64,000 nt of DNA from a virus: IMG/VR virus record IMGVR_UViG_3300025933_000001, positions 23,722 to 87,721 of that record; one strand, 5' to 3'. Position 1 is the stretch's first letter. Each line of letters opens with the position of its first letter. Below are positions 34,623 through 43,970 of the stretch, in pieces. The position numbers were made by a program, and so were the translations under genes. Under the pieces are notes generated by a model, which did not search any database, was not told the origin of the DNA, and worked only from the letters and a program-made list of their open reading frames with translations.

Positions 34623-35071
34623 AAGTACTATTTCTTGACTTGGATGGGGTTGTCAACTCTCGTCGTACAGCCGTAGCGTGTGATGGCTATCCTTACGACT
34701 TCAGTAAGAAAGAAATGGAAAGGTTTGATCCAATTGCTTTAAAGCTGATACGTAAGTTGTGTGAAGAGACAGGATGTTCTGTTGTACTCTCTTCTGATTG
34801 GAGATATTCTTGCACAGTGCACGAGGTTGCTAACGGGCTTGATCTACCAGTTATAGATTTCACACCAGTAAAAGGGTTGCATAAGAAAAGAGGTGAGGAA
34901 ATTGCAGCATGGATGTTCGATCACCCTGAAGTAACGCAATATGCTATCGTAGATGATAACAACTGGATGCTGTCAGAACAACAAGATAACTTCGTACAAA
35001 CGAATGAAGAGATTGGTCTTACGTTGCGAGATTATCTAGATTTGAAAGCTATTCTTATGAGCGAGGAATGA
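34619..35071 (+). CDS. HAD-family phosphatase (Swiss-army-knife RNA-repair type HAD)
   Basis: FLDLDGV, LSSDWR, YAIVDD. Confidence 0.85.
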   Translation: MKVLFLDLDGVVNSRRTAVACDGYPYDFSKKEMERFDPIALKLIRKLCEETGCSVVLSSDWRYSCTVHEVANGLDLPVIDFTPVKGLHKKRGEEIAAWMFDHPEVTQYAIVDDNNWMLSEQQDNFVQTNEEIGLTLRDYLDLKAILMSEE

Positions 35072-35472
35072 TGAACTCAATGCAACATGAATTTAATGAA
35101 GTATGTAAGCACCTCATAAAACAAGGTAAGAGGGCATCTAAGTATGAAAGGTATGGCGGATGTAAGTATAGGACAGAAGATGGACTTAGTTGTGCAGTAG
35201 GATGTCGCATTCCTGATTATATGTATGATCCTGAATTTGAAGATAGAAATGTCGGCGAATTGATCTCTCGTTACAAAGAGATGATACCTTCTGAATTGAT
35301 TGAATATGAACACATGTTTTCTGCTCTACAATACGTACACGATGATCCAAAAAGTTGGATTACTACAAAAATTTTGAAATTACGACTACGTGAAGTAGCT
35401 AAGTCTTTTGACTTAGAAATTCCAGACATTATCAAGGAGGATAGCAATGAGCAAGAAAGTTGTACACTATAG
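35068..35472 (+). CDS. conserved phage protein (paralog of 33680..34051)
   Basis: MNSMQHEFN...CKYR...CAVGC...QYVHD. Confidence 0.75.
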   Translation: MMNSMQHEFNEVCKHLIKQGKRASKYERYGGCKYRTEDGLSCAVGCRIPDYMYDPEFEDRNVGELISRYKEMIPSELIEYEHMFSALQYVHDDPKSWITTKILKLRLREVAKSFDLEIPDIIKEDSNEQESCTL

Positions 35473-35653
35473 TAGACTGGTATTTTGCCAAGTAGGATGG
35501 GGAGCACGAGTTGTTCCTGTAGATCATACAAACCATGAGCTAGGCCAGCATGCTACTAATGGGGAGTTGAATACTACATCTACTGTACTATTTTATGATC
35601 CATCTACAGGAGAATTTGAAACTAAGAATAGTATTTATAAACCTCTTATCTAG
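35447..35653 (+). CDS. conserved phage protein
   Basis: PVDH...TS.V...FETKNSIY. Confidence 0.65.
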   Translation: MSKKVVHYSRLVFCQVGWGARVVPVDHTNHELGQHATNGELNTTSTVLFYDPSTGEFETKNSIYKPLI

Positions 35654-35673
35654 TGTTTTTATTGTAATAGTAG

Positions 35674-35702
35674 TTGACAAATAGCAGCAAAATCTGTATC
35701 AT
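35674..35702 (+). promoter_or_regulatory. sigma70 promoter
   Basis: TTGACA-17-TATCAT. Confidence 0.75.
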
Positions 35703-35753
35703 TGCGATTGCACATGAACGTGTTCAAATAAACTAAATTTAAAGGAAATACAA

Positions 35754-36665
35754 ATGGCTTTCAAACCAAAGCAAAAGAATACCACTACAACTAGCACCTT
35801 CGAACCTCGTAACTTCCCTGTACCGAAGGGTGGAGCACGTAAGGCTCGTGTCTCTCTGATTGTTGATCTTGGTACACAAATTCGTGAACCTTATGAGGAT
35901 CAAGATGGTAAGCGAGTTGAGCCTAAGCCATGTCAACAAGTCGCTGTCTTTGCTGATCTGGTAGCAGATACAGTAGACTATGGTGGTGAGATTGGTAAGC
36001 AACACTATCGTCTTATGCTGAATAAGTCGTTTGCTGGTGTTGTGCAAGGAATCAACTTCGCTTTTGTTCCCCCGAAGGATGCTAAAGGTAATTTGCTGGA
36101 AGGAAAGCCTTGGACTCTTCACCCTGCTAATCTTCTTACAAAGCTTGCTAAGGCAGTGGGAAAGCCTGAAGTAGCTACGACAGGCGATATTGAGCAATTG
36201 CTTGGTGAAGCCTTCATTGCTGAAGTTGAGGTGAATGAGTCAGAAGATAAGAATGGCAAGAAGGATAACGATGGTAATATCATTGTCTACAGGAATGTAA
36301 ACTACAAAGGAGCTTCTAAGGTTCCTATGGTGGAAACTGGAGAGGAAGATGAGGATGGTAATCCGATTGAAGCTCCAACACCTGTAGCAGAACTCAAACA
36401 ACCTGCTCGCTGTGTTACGTTTGAGAATGCGACAGTGGAAGACATCAAGTTTATCCGTCCTAACTTGATTAAGATTATCAAGCAAGCTACCGACTATGCT
36501 GGTAGCCAGATGCAGAAAGCTATCGAAGCTTTTGAAGCACAGCAAGCTAGCAAGAAACAGGAGACAGAAGAGAAGGAAGAAGAACCTAAAAAGCCAGCAG
36601 CTAAGAAGCCTGCAAAAGCTGCTTCTCCGGTGGAAGATGATGAGGATGAAAATATTCCGTTCTAG
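35754..36665 (+). CDS. putative single-stranded DNA-binding or recombination protein
   Basis: IVDLGTQ motif; acidic tail ending EDDEDENIPF; own promoter and terminator. Confidence 0.75.
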   Translation: MAFKPKQKNTTTTSTFEPRNFPVPKGGARKARVSLIVDLGTQIREPYEDQDGKRVEPKPCQQVAVFADLVADTVDYGGEIGKQHYRLMLNKSFAGVVQGINFAFVPPKDAKGNLLEGKPWTLHPANLLTKLAKAVGKPEVATTGDIEQLLGEAFIAEVEVNESEDKNGKKDNDGNIIVYRNVNYKGASKVPMVETGEEDEDGNPIEAPTPVAELKQPARCVTFENATVEDIKFIRPNLIKIIKQATDYAGSQMQKAIEAFEAQQASKKQETEEKEEEPKKPAAKKPAKAASPVEDDEDENIPF

Positions 36666-36677
36666 TATGTAACTAAC

Positions 36678-36711
36678 AGCCCTTACTCTTTATAGGGTAG
36701 GGGTTTTTTTT
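36678..36711 (+). terminator. intrinsic terminator
   Basis: GCCCTTAC...GTAGGGGT followed by T8. Confidence 0.75.
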
Positions 36712-36728
36712 GCTTATGGAGGAAGTAA

Positions 36729-37037
36729 ATGACACGAACAATTAAAGTATTCCCTGATTATTGCAGCACAGGGCTGTGGGAGAATCAAATAAGTGTTGAT
36801 GTAGAGCAATTTGATTGGTTGCCTTTCTCTGCAACTATGGCTCTTCGGTATTGGCATCGTGCATGGGAGATGCTGTACGACTACGAATCTTGTAAGTGGA
36901 TGGGGTCTACTTCATACTATAAAGAGTGGTACGAAGACGGTAAAGAGCTTGTGAATATTATGAATGAGTATTGTCACTACCATGGTATTGAGTTTACCTA
37001 TGCGGCTGAGACGCCTGAAGAATTGTTCGGAGGGTAG
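36729..37037 (+). CDS. hypothetical protein
   Basis: GGAGG RBS; PDYCSTGLW. Confidence 0.65.
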   Translation: MTRTIKVFPDYCSTGLWENQISVDVEQFDWLPFSATMALRYWHRAWEMLYDYESCKWMGSTSYYKEWYEDGKELVNIMNEYCHYHGIEFTYAAETPEELFGG

Positions 37038-38093
37038 ATGACTAGATTATGTTTTGATATAGATTTTATCCTCTTTGCAGCAGCCTCTGTGGCAGAACAA
37101 AACTACATTGTTGCTACTCACATTCCTACTGGTGAAAAGATGGAATTCGAGAACCGTACAGCACTATGGGGAGATTGGCGTAAGAAGAATGGTGGATGGC
37201 TTGGGCAACAAAATAAAGAAGCTGGAGAAACAATCTATCTAGCAGAAGAGTTTGTTGTAGAAGAGTGTAAACGCCCTAGAATGCTTACGTTTGACGGTAA
37301 GGTAGTAAGCCCTCTCAATGGAGCAAAACGTTTAGTAGACCAGAAGATTGAAGAAATCTGTAAGAAGCTTGGTACGAATACGTATTACGGATACACTGGA
37401 AGAGGGGAAGTATTTAGGCATGACGTAGCTACTTTACAGCCTTATAAGGGCCAGCGCAGTGAAGTTAAACCTCTTATCCTAGAAGAGTTAAAAGATTATG
37501 TAATCGAGAAACATAACATCCAGCTTGTTACAGGTATTGAAGCCGATGATGCCGTTAACATGGATACTCACCAAGCTTACGAACGTTGGAAGAAGTCTAA
37601 AAGTGACGATGATAAGCTTGTGGCTGTGGCAATAGATAAGGACAATAAACAGACGCAAGGCTTCCACTACAACCCTGACAAGGACAGTGCTGTACGTGAA
37701 ATTAATGGTTTCGGTAAGCTGTGGTTGGACAAGAAAGGGGAAGTGGATGGTGAGGGGAGATGTTGGCTTTACTACCAAATATGCTCTAAAGATCAAGCAG
37801 ACAACTATGCCGCTAACTGCATGTCTGAGGTGAAATGGGGAGAAAAGTCAGCCTACGAGGCATTGAAAGACTGTAAGAACGATAGAGAAGCTTGGGAAGC
37901 AATTGTTAGAGTATTCAAGAGGCTTTATCCTGAACCTAAGACAATTAAGAACTTCAGAGGGGATGTTATAACTATTGACTATCTTCATGTTATGCAAGAA
38001 ATGGCTACATTAGCTATGATGCTTAGGTATGCTAATGGAGATAAGATCGACGTAAAAGCTGTACTAACTAAATTAGGAATTGAACATGACTAA
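37038..38093 (+). CDS. 5'-3' exonuclease (T7 gp6/FEN-like)
   Basis: DIDF, YKGQR, IEADD, IDKD and D..DNY motifs. Confidence 0.88.
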   Translation: MTRLCFDIDFILFAAASVAEQNYIVATHIPTGEKMEFENRTALWGDWRKKNGGWLGQQNKEAGETIYLAEEFVVEECKRPRMLTFDGKVVSPLNGAKRLVDQKIEEICKKLGTNTYYGYTGRGEVFRHDVATLQPYKGQRSEVKPLILEELKDYVIEKHNIQLVTGIEADDAVNMDTHQAYERWKKSKSDDDKLVAVAIDKDNKQTQGFHYNPDKDSAVREINGFGKLWLDKKGEVDGEGRCWLYYQICSKDQADNYAANCMSEVKWGEKSAYEALKDCKNDREAWEAIVRVFKRLYPEPKTIKNFRGDVITIDYLHVMQEMATLAMMLRYANGDKIDVKAVLTKLGIEHD

Positions 38094-38239
38094 GGCAGAC
38101 TTAATCTTAGCTATCCTTGTGGCTACGCAAGAGAGGACAATATTAGTTCCGAGTAGTGGCTGGTATTCGACGAAAGATTACTACGAAGATACCCTGTATT
38201 ACATTGACCCACAAACACTAATTCAACAGCTAGAGAGGA

Positions 38240-38536
38240 TTGGACAAAATGACTAAGAGAAAGATTACAAAACGTATAGAGTCGTTTATTGACATTAATG
38301 GTTGTTCGATTGAGCAGGTTATCCATTTACTTACGGTTTTTAAGAATCATCATGGTGAAAATGCTATCTTTCTTTACGATTATTGTGACGATGGTTATGA
38401 CATTCATCTTGTGACAGAACGAGAAGAAACGGATGAAGAATACAAAACTCGCACAGACAAGGAGAAGGAACAGAGACAAAAGACAATTGAATACCACCAG
38501 AGGCAACTTGAAATGTTGAAGACACAGAATGGCTAA
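38240..38536 (+). CDS. hypothetical protein
   Basis: REETDEEY..R motif. Confidence 0.6.
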   Translation: MDKMTKRKITKRIESFIDINGCSIEQVIHLLTVFKNHHGENAIFLYDYCDDGYDIHLVTEREETDEEYKTRTDKEKEQRQKTIEYHQRQLEMLKTQNG

Positions 38537-38685
38537 ATACAAAATGCTAATGGAGGGTGAGGATGGTAAAGAATATCGCATCTTCGTTGACTACGATGAT
38601 GAAATTGCTCTAATTATGACTGTGGATGAAAAAGGCTACACAATAACTTGGGAAGGGCACCCTGATAAGTTTCAAGAGGCTTTGA

Positions 38686-39426
38686 ATGAACTCCAAGGGA
38701 AATGAACTCAAATGTTACACGGGTGGAAGAGGAGGGGGTAAGTCGATAGCTAAGGATATTGCAAGAGCTAAAGCTTATCTCGACAGCACTCGTGAGGAGT
38801 TTCGTAAGAATGTAGAAGCTGCTAAGAAGCATATTGTAGAGGAAGGAGGGGCTTTGTGTGGGCCTGTGGCTTCTAAAGAACCTTGGTTAGTACCCGGAGT
38901 ACCTTGGGCCTCTGAAGCCGCCTTCTGGGGATGGGTACGAGGTGTGCTACGTAAAGGTTGGAGTCGTCACCCTGTCAAAACTGAATATATTAAGAATAAC
39001 CGTAAGAAGATTAAGAACCCTAAACCAAGTAAACGCTTTCCAGAGGTATGGGGAATGACTTGTGCAATCTGTGAGAAAGATACTGTACAATCTGAAATAG
39101 AGATTGACCATATATCAGACACAGGAGGTACGTTTAGAGGCTTAGAAGATGTAAGAAACTATGTAGCTTACTTATACTTGATTGACTTCGACAGTCTTCG
39201 TTGCTTGTGTAAGACATGTCACAAAATCGTCAATTACGCGCAAGCTGAAGGTTTATCTTTCGACGAAGCTAAAGCTGTTAAGGAAGCGTTGGAGTTCCTT
39301 AAGAAAGATAAGAAGATAGTGATTGACTATCTTGCTAAAATGAATTACAATGGTAGCTCTGTAAGTAATGCAGATAAGCGTAGGGAGCTTGTGATTGAGT
39401 TATTTAAGAAAGGAGAAAGACCGTGA
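38686..39426 (+). CDS. conserved phage HNH-type endonuclease
   Basis: WVRGVLRKGWSRHP, CAIC, EIDH, LCKTCH. Confidence 0.8.
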   Translation: MNSKGNELKCYTGGRGGGKSIAKDIARAKAYLDSTREEFRKNVEAAKKHIVEEGGALCGPVASKEPWLVPGVPWASEAAFWGWVRGVLRKGWSRHPVKTEYIKNNRKKIKNPKPSKRFPEVWGMTCAICEKDTVQSEIEIDHISDTGGTFRGLEDVRNYVAYLYLIDFDSLRCLCKTCHKIVNYAQAEGLSFDEAKAVKEALEFLKKDKKIVIDYLAKMNYNGSSVSNADKRRELVIELFKKGERP

Positions 39427-39469
39427 AAGAAGAACTTAATAAGCTAGAAGGACAACTGAGGGAGATGGA

Positions 39470-40456
39470 ATGAAGAATATTGATTGGCACAGTGACGCGA
39501 TTCGATTGGCAGAGACAGGTGTACTCTCTTGGCGTGGAATAGCTAAAGCACTAAATGTACCTAAGAGTTCTGTTTCTGACCTACTCCGTAACTATTACAA
39601 GTGGAAGAAGGAAGAGTGTGTTGCAGAATCAGTTAAAGAGGATACTATCTTCAGCATCGAAACTTCTAAAGATGTGGAAGGACCAGTACACCTGTTCATT
39701 CCTGATTCACAAGTCAAGCCGGGAGTTGATCTTTCTTATCTTGACTGGATTGGTCAATATATTGTACGTAAGAAGCCTGATGTGATTGTTCATGCTGGAG
39801 ACTTCGGGGACATGTCTTCTTTGAGCAGCTATGATAAAGGCAAGCGCACTGCTGAAGGTAAGCGAGTTAACGAAGATATTGCCGTAGCTATCGAAGGTAT
39901 GAAACGATTGTTAAAGCCTTTGTACGAACTACAACAACAGGAACTCAAGCAGCTTGGTAAGATTTTATACAAACCTCGTCTAGTTATTACTTTAGGAAAT
40001 CATGAGTATCGTATAGACAGGTATGTAGATGCTAATCCTGAGTTACATGGATTTCTTAGTACAGGCGATTTGAAATTTGCTGAGATGGGATGGGAAGTCT
40101 ACCCCTTTCTCACTCCTGTCGTGATTAACAAGATTTCTTACTGTCACTATTACCCTAATGTGATGACAGGGAAGCCTTTGTCTGGAACAGCAGCAAACAT
40201 GCTTAAAACTCTTGGTACGAGTTTTACCATGGGCCACCGTCAAACTCTAGACATAGCTACACGTTTCTTACAGACTACGGGCGAGCAGCAGTGGGGAATT
40301 ATCGCAGGCTCTTGCTATCTTCATCCAGAGGAATATAAAGGCGTCCAAGGCGACCATTCATGGAAAGGAGTTATTGTAAAGCACAACGTTAAGAATGGTT
40401 CTTACGATCCTTTGTTCGTAAGCCTGGATTGGCTGAAGGAGGAATACGGATCATGA
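39470..40456 (+). CDS. metallophosphoesterase with N-terminal HTH
   Basis: PDSQ, GDFGD, GNHE and MGH motifs; SWRGIAKALNVPKSSVSD HTH. Confidence 0.85.
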   Translation: MKNIDWHSDAIRLAETGVLSWRGIAKALNVPKSSVSDLLRNYYKWKKEECVAESVKEDTIFSIETSKDVEGPVHLFIPDSQVKPGVDLSYLDWIGQYIVRKKPDVIVHAGDFGDMSSLSSYDKGKRTAEGKRVNEDIAVAIEGMKRLLKPLYELQQQELKQLGKILYKPRLVITLGNHEYRIDRYVDANPELHGFLSTGDLKFAEMGWEVYPFLTPVVINKISYCHYYPNVMTGKPLSGTAANMLKTLGTSFTMGHRQTLDIATRFLQTTGEQQWGIIAGSCYLHPEEYKGVQGDHSWKGVIVKHNVKNGSYDPLFVSLDWLKEEYGS

Positions 40457-40695
40457 TCCAGAACAAACTCCTGATAGGAAATAACCATCACTCGACACTC
40501 TCTGTAACAATTACAGAAACAGAAGATGAGTTTATATTCGATTGGTATGATTGCTTTGATGATCTATATCATGAAAAACTCAAGAAAGGGATGTATCTGT
40601 CAGAAGCTTATGATGGAGTAGCTAGAATGAATTGTTTTGAGGGAGTGCTCGAAGACTTGAAAAAGAGATTCGCTTACGTATGGGTACTGCAATGA
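40453..40695 (+). CDS. hypothetical protein
   Basis: ATGA overlap; resembles the next gene. Confidence 0.55.
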   Translation: MIQNKLLIGNNHHSTLSVTITETEDEFIFDWYDCFDDLYHEKLKKGMYLSEAYDGVARMNCFEGVLEDLKKRFAYVWVLQ

Positions 40696-40895
40696 ACCAA
40701 TTCACCCTACTAATAGGCCACAGAGAAGATTCGATGCCCTTCCTAATAACAGAGACAGATAGCTTATTTAACATAGCTTGGCAAATAAATGGGTTGTGGT
40801 TTAGCATAGAAGAAGAGAAGAATGATTCTCTACGTAACAAGCAAGATTTGATAGCAGCTTTAAAGAGGAAATATAACAACGTGGAGGAAGTGTGA
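40692..40895 (+). CDS. hypothetical protein
   Basis: ATGA overlap. Confidence 0.55.
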   Translation: MNQFTLLIGHREDSMPFLITETDSLFNIAWQINGLWFSIEEEKNDSLRNKQDLIAALKRKYNNVEEV

Positions 40896-41146
40896 TGTTC
40901 CTACAAAAAGACATTGGTGAAGGATTCCCTGTAAGCCTGATTCTTATCCCTACTGGAGAGATTGCTTTCGCACCTAAGTTCTCCTTTAAAGGGATGTTTG
41001 ATTACAGTACAGAAGGTGTGGAAGTGTTCTTTGATGAAGCTGGTATAGTGATTAATGGAAATGATTATGGCTACCACACACCACTAGCTTACAAAGAGTT
41101 CCCGGATTTGCTTAAGTGGTTGCAAGAGTTGAAGATGACGTTTTAA
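40892..41146 (+). CDS. hypothetical protein
   Basis: GGAGG RBS. Confidence 0.55.
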   Translation: MMFLQKDIGEGFPVSLILIPTGEIAFAPKFSFKGMFDYSTEGVEVFFDEAGIVINGNDYGYHTPLAYKEFPDLLKWLQELKMTF

Positions 41147-41156
41147 AGGAAATGAG

Positions 41157-41627
41157 ATGACTATTACTAAAGATACAATTGGTACTTCTTACGAAGAGAT
41201 TAAGAAGTTTAATGACATCTCTTCTAACTTGGAAGGAAACCTTGTAGAGAAAGTAGACAATCAGCTTGGTTTTATCTTCGAGGAACTGTCAGAGACTATC
41301 GAAGCATTTGAGAATAAGGATGCTGTAGGACTTCTTGATGGTGCTGTAGATGCATGGGTAACTGTCGGAGGATTGTTGCAGAAGCTTGAAGCCGCAGGGT
41401 TCGATGTAGCTTCAGCTATTCGGAGAGTGGATGAGAATAATCTCAGTAAGTTCGTGCCTACAGAGAACTTTAAGGCTCTTGTTATTCCAAAGGAGTATAA
41501 AGCTACTCTCAACGAGAGGCACAATGTTCTCGTACTTAAGGATCAGAACGGGAAGATTCGTAAGCCGCATAACTTCGTTCCTGTAAGTCTTGGTGATCTT
41601 GTGCCAGATAACTTCTTCGGAGAGTAG
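41157..41627 (+). CDS. MazG-like all-alpha NTP pyrophosphohydrolase
   Basis: FIFEELSE...LLDGAVD...NNLSK...GKIRKP. Confidence 0.8.
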   Translation: MTITKDTIGTSYEEIKKFNDISSNLEGNLVEKVDNQLGFIFEELSETIEAFENKDAVGLLDGAVDAWVTVGGLLQKLEAAGFDVASAIRRVDENNLSKFVPTENFKALVIPKEYKATLNERHNVLVLKDQNGKIRKPHNFVPVSLGDLVPDNFFGE

Positions 41628-41628
41628 G

Positions 41629-42201
41629 ATGTATGTGAAGAGTTATACTGAAAATGGTAAAATGGTTAGAACTAGGGAAGGTGGGTTGTGGTTGAGGATG
41701 AATTCTAGGTGCAACCATCTGCAACTATACCCCTCCTATGTAGGCTGCAGAACATCTGAAAACTTTAAGAATTTTCAATATTTTGCTGAGTGGTGTAATA
41801 AACAAAAAGGATTCTTAGAGAAGAATGAGAACGGCACACACTGGGCGTTGGACAAAGACTTGTTAGGTAATGGGAAAATATACAGTGAAGATGTTTGTGT
41901 GTTTATCCCTTATGAAATTAACGGGTTTCTTGTGAATATGGACAAAAACGTTCGCAGTATTCCAACAGGAGTTACGTTCGATAAATCCAGAGGTTTATAC
42001 AAAGCGAAAATGGGTGAAAAGTACAATCTAGGTCGATTTGAAACCTACGAAGAAGCTGCTGAAGTTTATAAAGTCGCTAAAGAAAGATATGCAAAAGACT
42101 TAGCTATGAAATACGACGAAAAACTTGACAAACGGGTGTATGAATACCTGATGTCTTTTAAAGTAAAAAGGAATACATATGAAGTCAATCAGTGTCACTG
42201 A
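41629..42201 (+). CDS. HNH-like homing endonuclease with AP2-like domain
   Basis: W..M..RC...Y.GC..SENFKNFQYFAEWC...LDKDLL...YS...C.FIP..IN; LGRFETYEEA. Confidence 0.8.
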   Translation: MYVKSYTENGKMVRTREGGLWLRMNSRCNHLQLYPSYVGCRTSENFKNFQYFAEWCNKQKGFLEKNENGTHWALDKDLLGNGKIYSEDVCVFIPYEINGFLVNMDKNVRSIPTGVTFDKSRGLYKAKMGEKYNLGRFETYEEAAEVYKVAKERYAKDLAMKYDEKLDKRVYEYLMSFKVKRNTYEVNQCH

Positions 42202-42715
42202 TCTAAAACTCGTACCAGAACTGTCACATCTCAATTATTTTGAGATGATTGATCCGAAGAACGATCATCTGGTAAATCCCTTCCTAGAAATCATGGGCAT
42301 GGATTTGGATTATCCGCTACAATATGTAGCTAAACAACATCGCAACTTACAAAATAAAGTTGTTGTCAATTATATGATTATTGGGGAGACGAATATTAGT
42401 CGTAGCCATGTTACAGGTGAGTGGGGCAGTCTTACAGATCGTATGATTGCAGCAGCTTACCAAGACCCTTCGTTGTGCAGGGAATTGTGTAATCATCTAA
42501 ACACTTCACTGGACTATAACGCTTTTAAAGGTGGGAAAGATCAGCCAGAAGAACAACCTAGTGCTGCAGATTTCCCTGTTACAGAAGAAGAACGGATGAT
42601 TACTGCACAAATTAAACAGTTAGAGGAGCTACTTCTGTTTATTCGAGGCGATCAGCGACGTGAAGATGGAGGGTATAAGTATCCTCACGAGTACAGTGTT
42701 AAGGAAGATAAGTGA
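42179..42715 (+). CDS. hypothetical protein
   Basis: AAGGA RBS; 178 aa. Confidence 0.7.
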   Translation: MKSISVTDLKLVPELSHLNYFEMIDPKNDHLVNPFLEIMGMDLDYPLQYVAKQHRNLQNKVVVNYMIIGETNISRSHVTGEWGSLTDRMIAAAYQDPSLCRELCNHLNTSLDYNAFKGGKDQPEEQPSAADFPVTEEERMITAQIKQLEELLLFIRGDQRREDGGYKYPHEYSVKEDK

Positions 42716-42972
42716 ACACGATAGAAGAACTTAAGAAAGAGCTTGCAGAGAAGCAAGAATATATTTTACAACTAGAAAAGTATATCAAGCTCTTTAAGAA
42801 AGCAGATACACTAAGCTGGACAGATCGTCTAGGTTGTAAGCACATTGTAACAGTAGAATATGCTACAGAAGTTCTTCACCAATTCTTTGACGATTGGCCC
42901 GGAGGGTTTGAAGAGATTGAAGCAGAACTGAATTATTGGAAGAAGCAAGCTGGTAAGTTGGAGGATGAATGA
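42712..42972 (+). CDS. hypothetical protein
   Basis: Overlap-coupled ORF. Confidence 0.6.
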   Translation: MNTIEELKKELAEKQEYILQLEKYIKLFKKADTLSWTDRLGCKHIVTVEYATEVLHQFFDDWPGGFEEIEAELNYWKKQAGKLEDE

Positions 42973-43961
42973 AGCAAGCAAATATTAAGACGTGGAAAGA
43001 TGGGTACGTAGATGAGTACCCCGAATTTTCAAAACTAGCTGATGAACAGATTAAAATCTTCTGGCCTTGGAATGAGATTAAGGTAGAGAAAGATAAGCAA
43101 GACTTACTGGTAGGAATGACAGAAGCAGAGAAGCATGGTGTTATTTCTGTGTTGAAATTATTTACCAAGTATGAACTGTATGTAGGTAATGAGCATTGGG
43201 GGAGTCGGGTAACAAAAGCTTATCCTCAAGTTGGAGTACAAAGGATGGCATCTGCTTTCGCTCACGTAGAACTTAACAGTCACGCACCTTTCTATGACAA
43301 GATTAACAAGGAGCTTGGTCTGTCGAACTATACGTTCTACACAGAGTACTTGAATGATCCTGTGTTGAAAGCACGTATGGACTTTATTGATAGTATGATT
43401 GCTAATCCTGACGATGAATTATCTATTGCTGTGTTTAGTATGACAGAAGGGGGTGTATTGTATTCTCAGTTTGCTTACCTGAAGCATAATCAGAGTCAAG
43501 GTAAGAACAAGACACAGAATATTGTCCGTGGTATTAATATGTCAGCACGAGATGAAAATCTACACGCTATTGGCGGCAGTGGTCTTGTTCGTACAGCACT
43601 GAAAGAGCAGGAACGTAGTGAATATGAGATGACTCAGTTCAGGCAAGCAGTGCAAGAAGCTGCACAGGTTATCTACGAACATGAGATGCAAATCAATGCA
43701 AAGATTTTTGAGAAAGGTAAAGTTGATGGTATTACGGAACATCAATTGAATAACTTCTCTCAGAGTAGACTAGACCTTTGCCTTGATTATTTAAATGTCC
43801 CTCGTATCTTCCATGTTAAATATAACCCTATAGCAGATTGGTTCTACAAAGGCATCAATGATTTCCAGTACAATGATTTCTTCCAAGGAATAGGTAGAGA
43901 ATATCAAAGAGATTGGGTTAAGACTAACTTTGTATGGCCTAAGAAGCAAATTGAAGCATAA
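42969..43961 (+). CDS. nrdB: ribonucleotide reductase class I beta subunit
   Basis: FWPWNE, ELNSH..FY (radical Tyr), EG..LYS.F, RDENLH, DFF tail. Confidence 0.92.
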   Translation: MKQANIKTWKDGYVDEYPEFSKLADEQIKIFWPWNEIKVEKDKQDLLVGMTEAEKHGVISVLKLFTKYELYVGNEHWGSRVTKAYPQVGVQRMASAFAHVELNSHAPFYDKINKELGLSNYTFYTEYLNDPVLKARMDFIDSMIANPDDELSIAVFSMTEGGVLYSQFAYLKHNQSQGKNKTQNIVRGINMSARDENLHAIGGSGLVRTALKEQERSEYEMTQFRQAVQEAAQVIYEHEMQINAKIFEKGKVDGITEHQLNNFSQSRLDLCLDYLNVPRIFHVKYNPIADWFYKGINDFQYNDFFQGIGREYQRDWVKTNFVWPKKQIEA

Positions 43962-43970
43962 AGGAACTAA

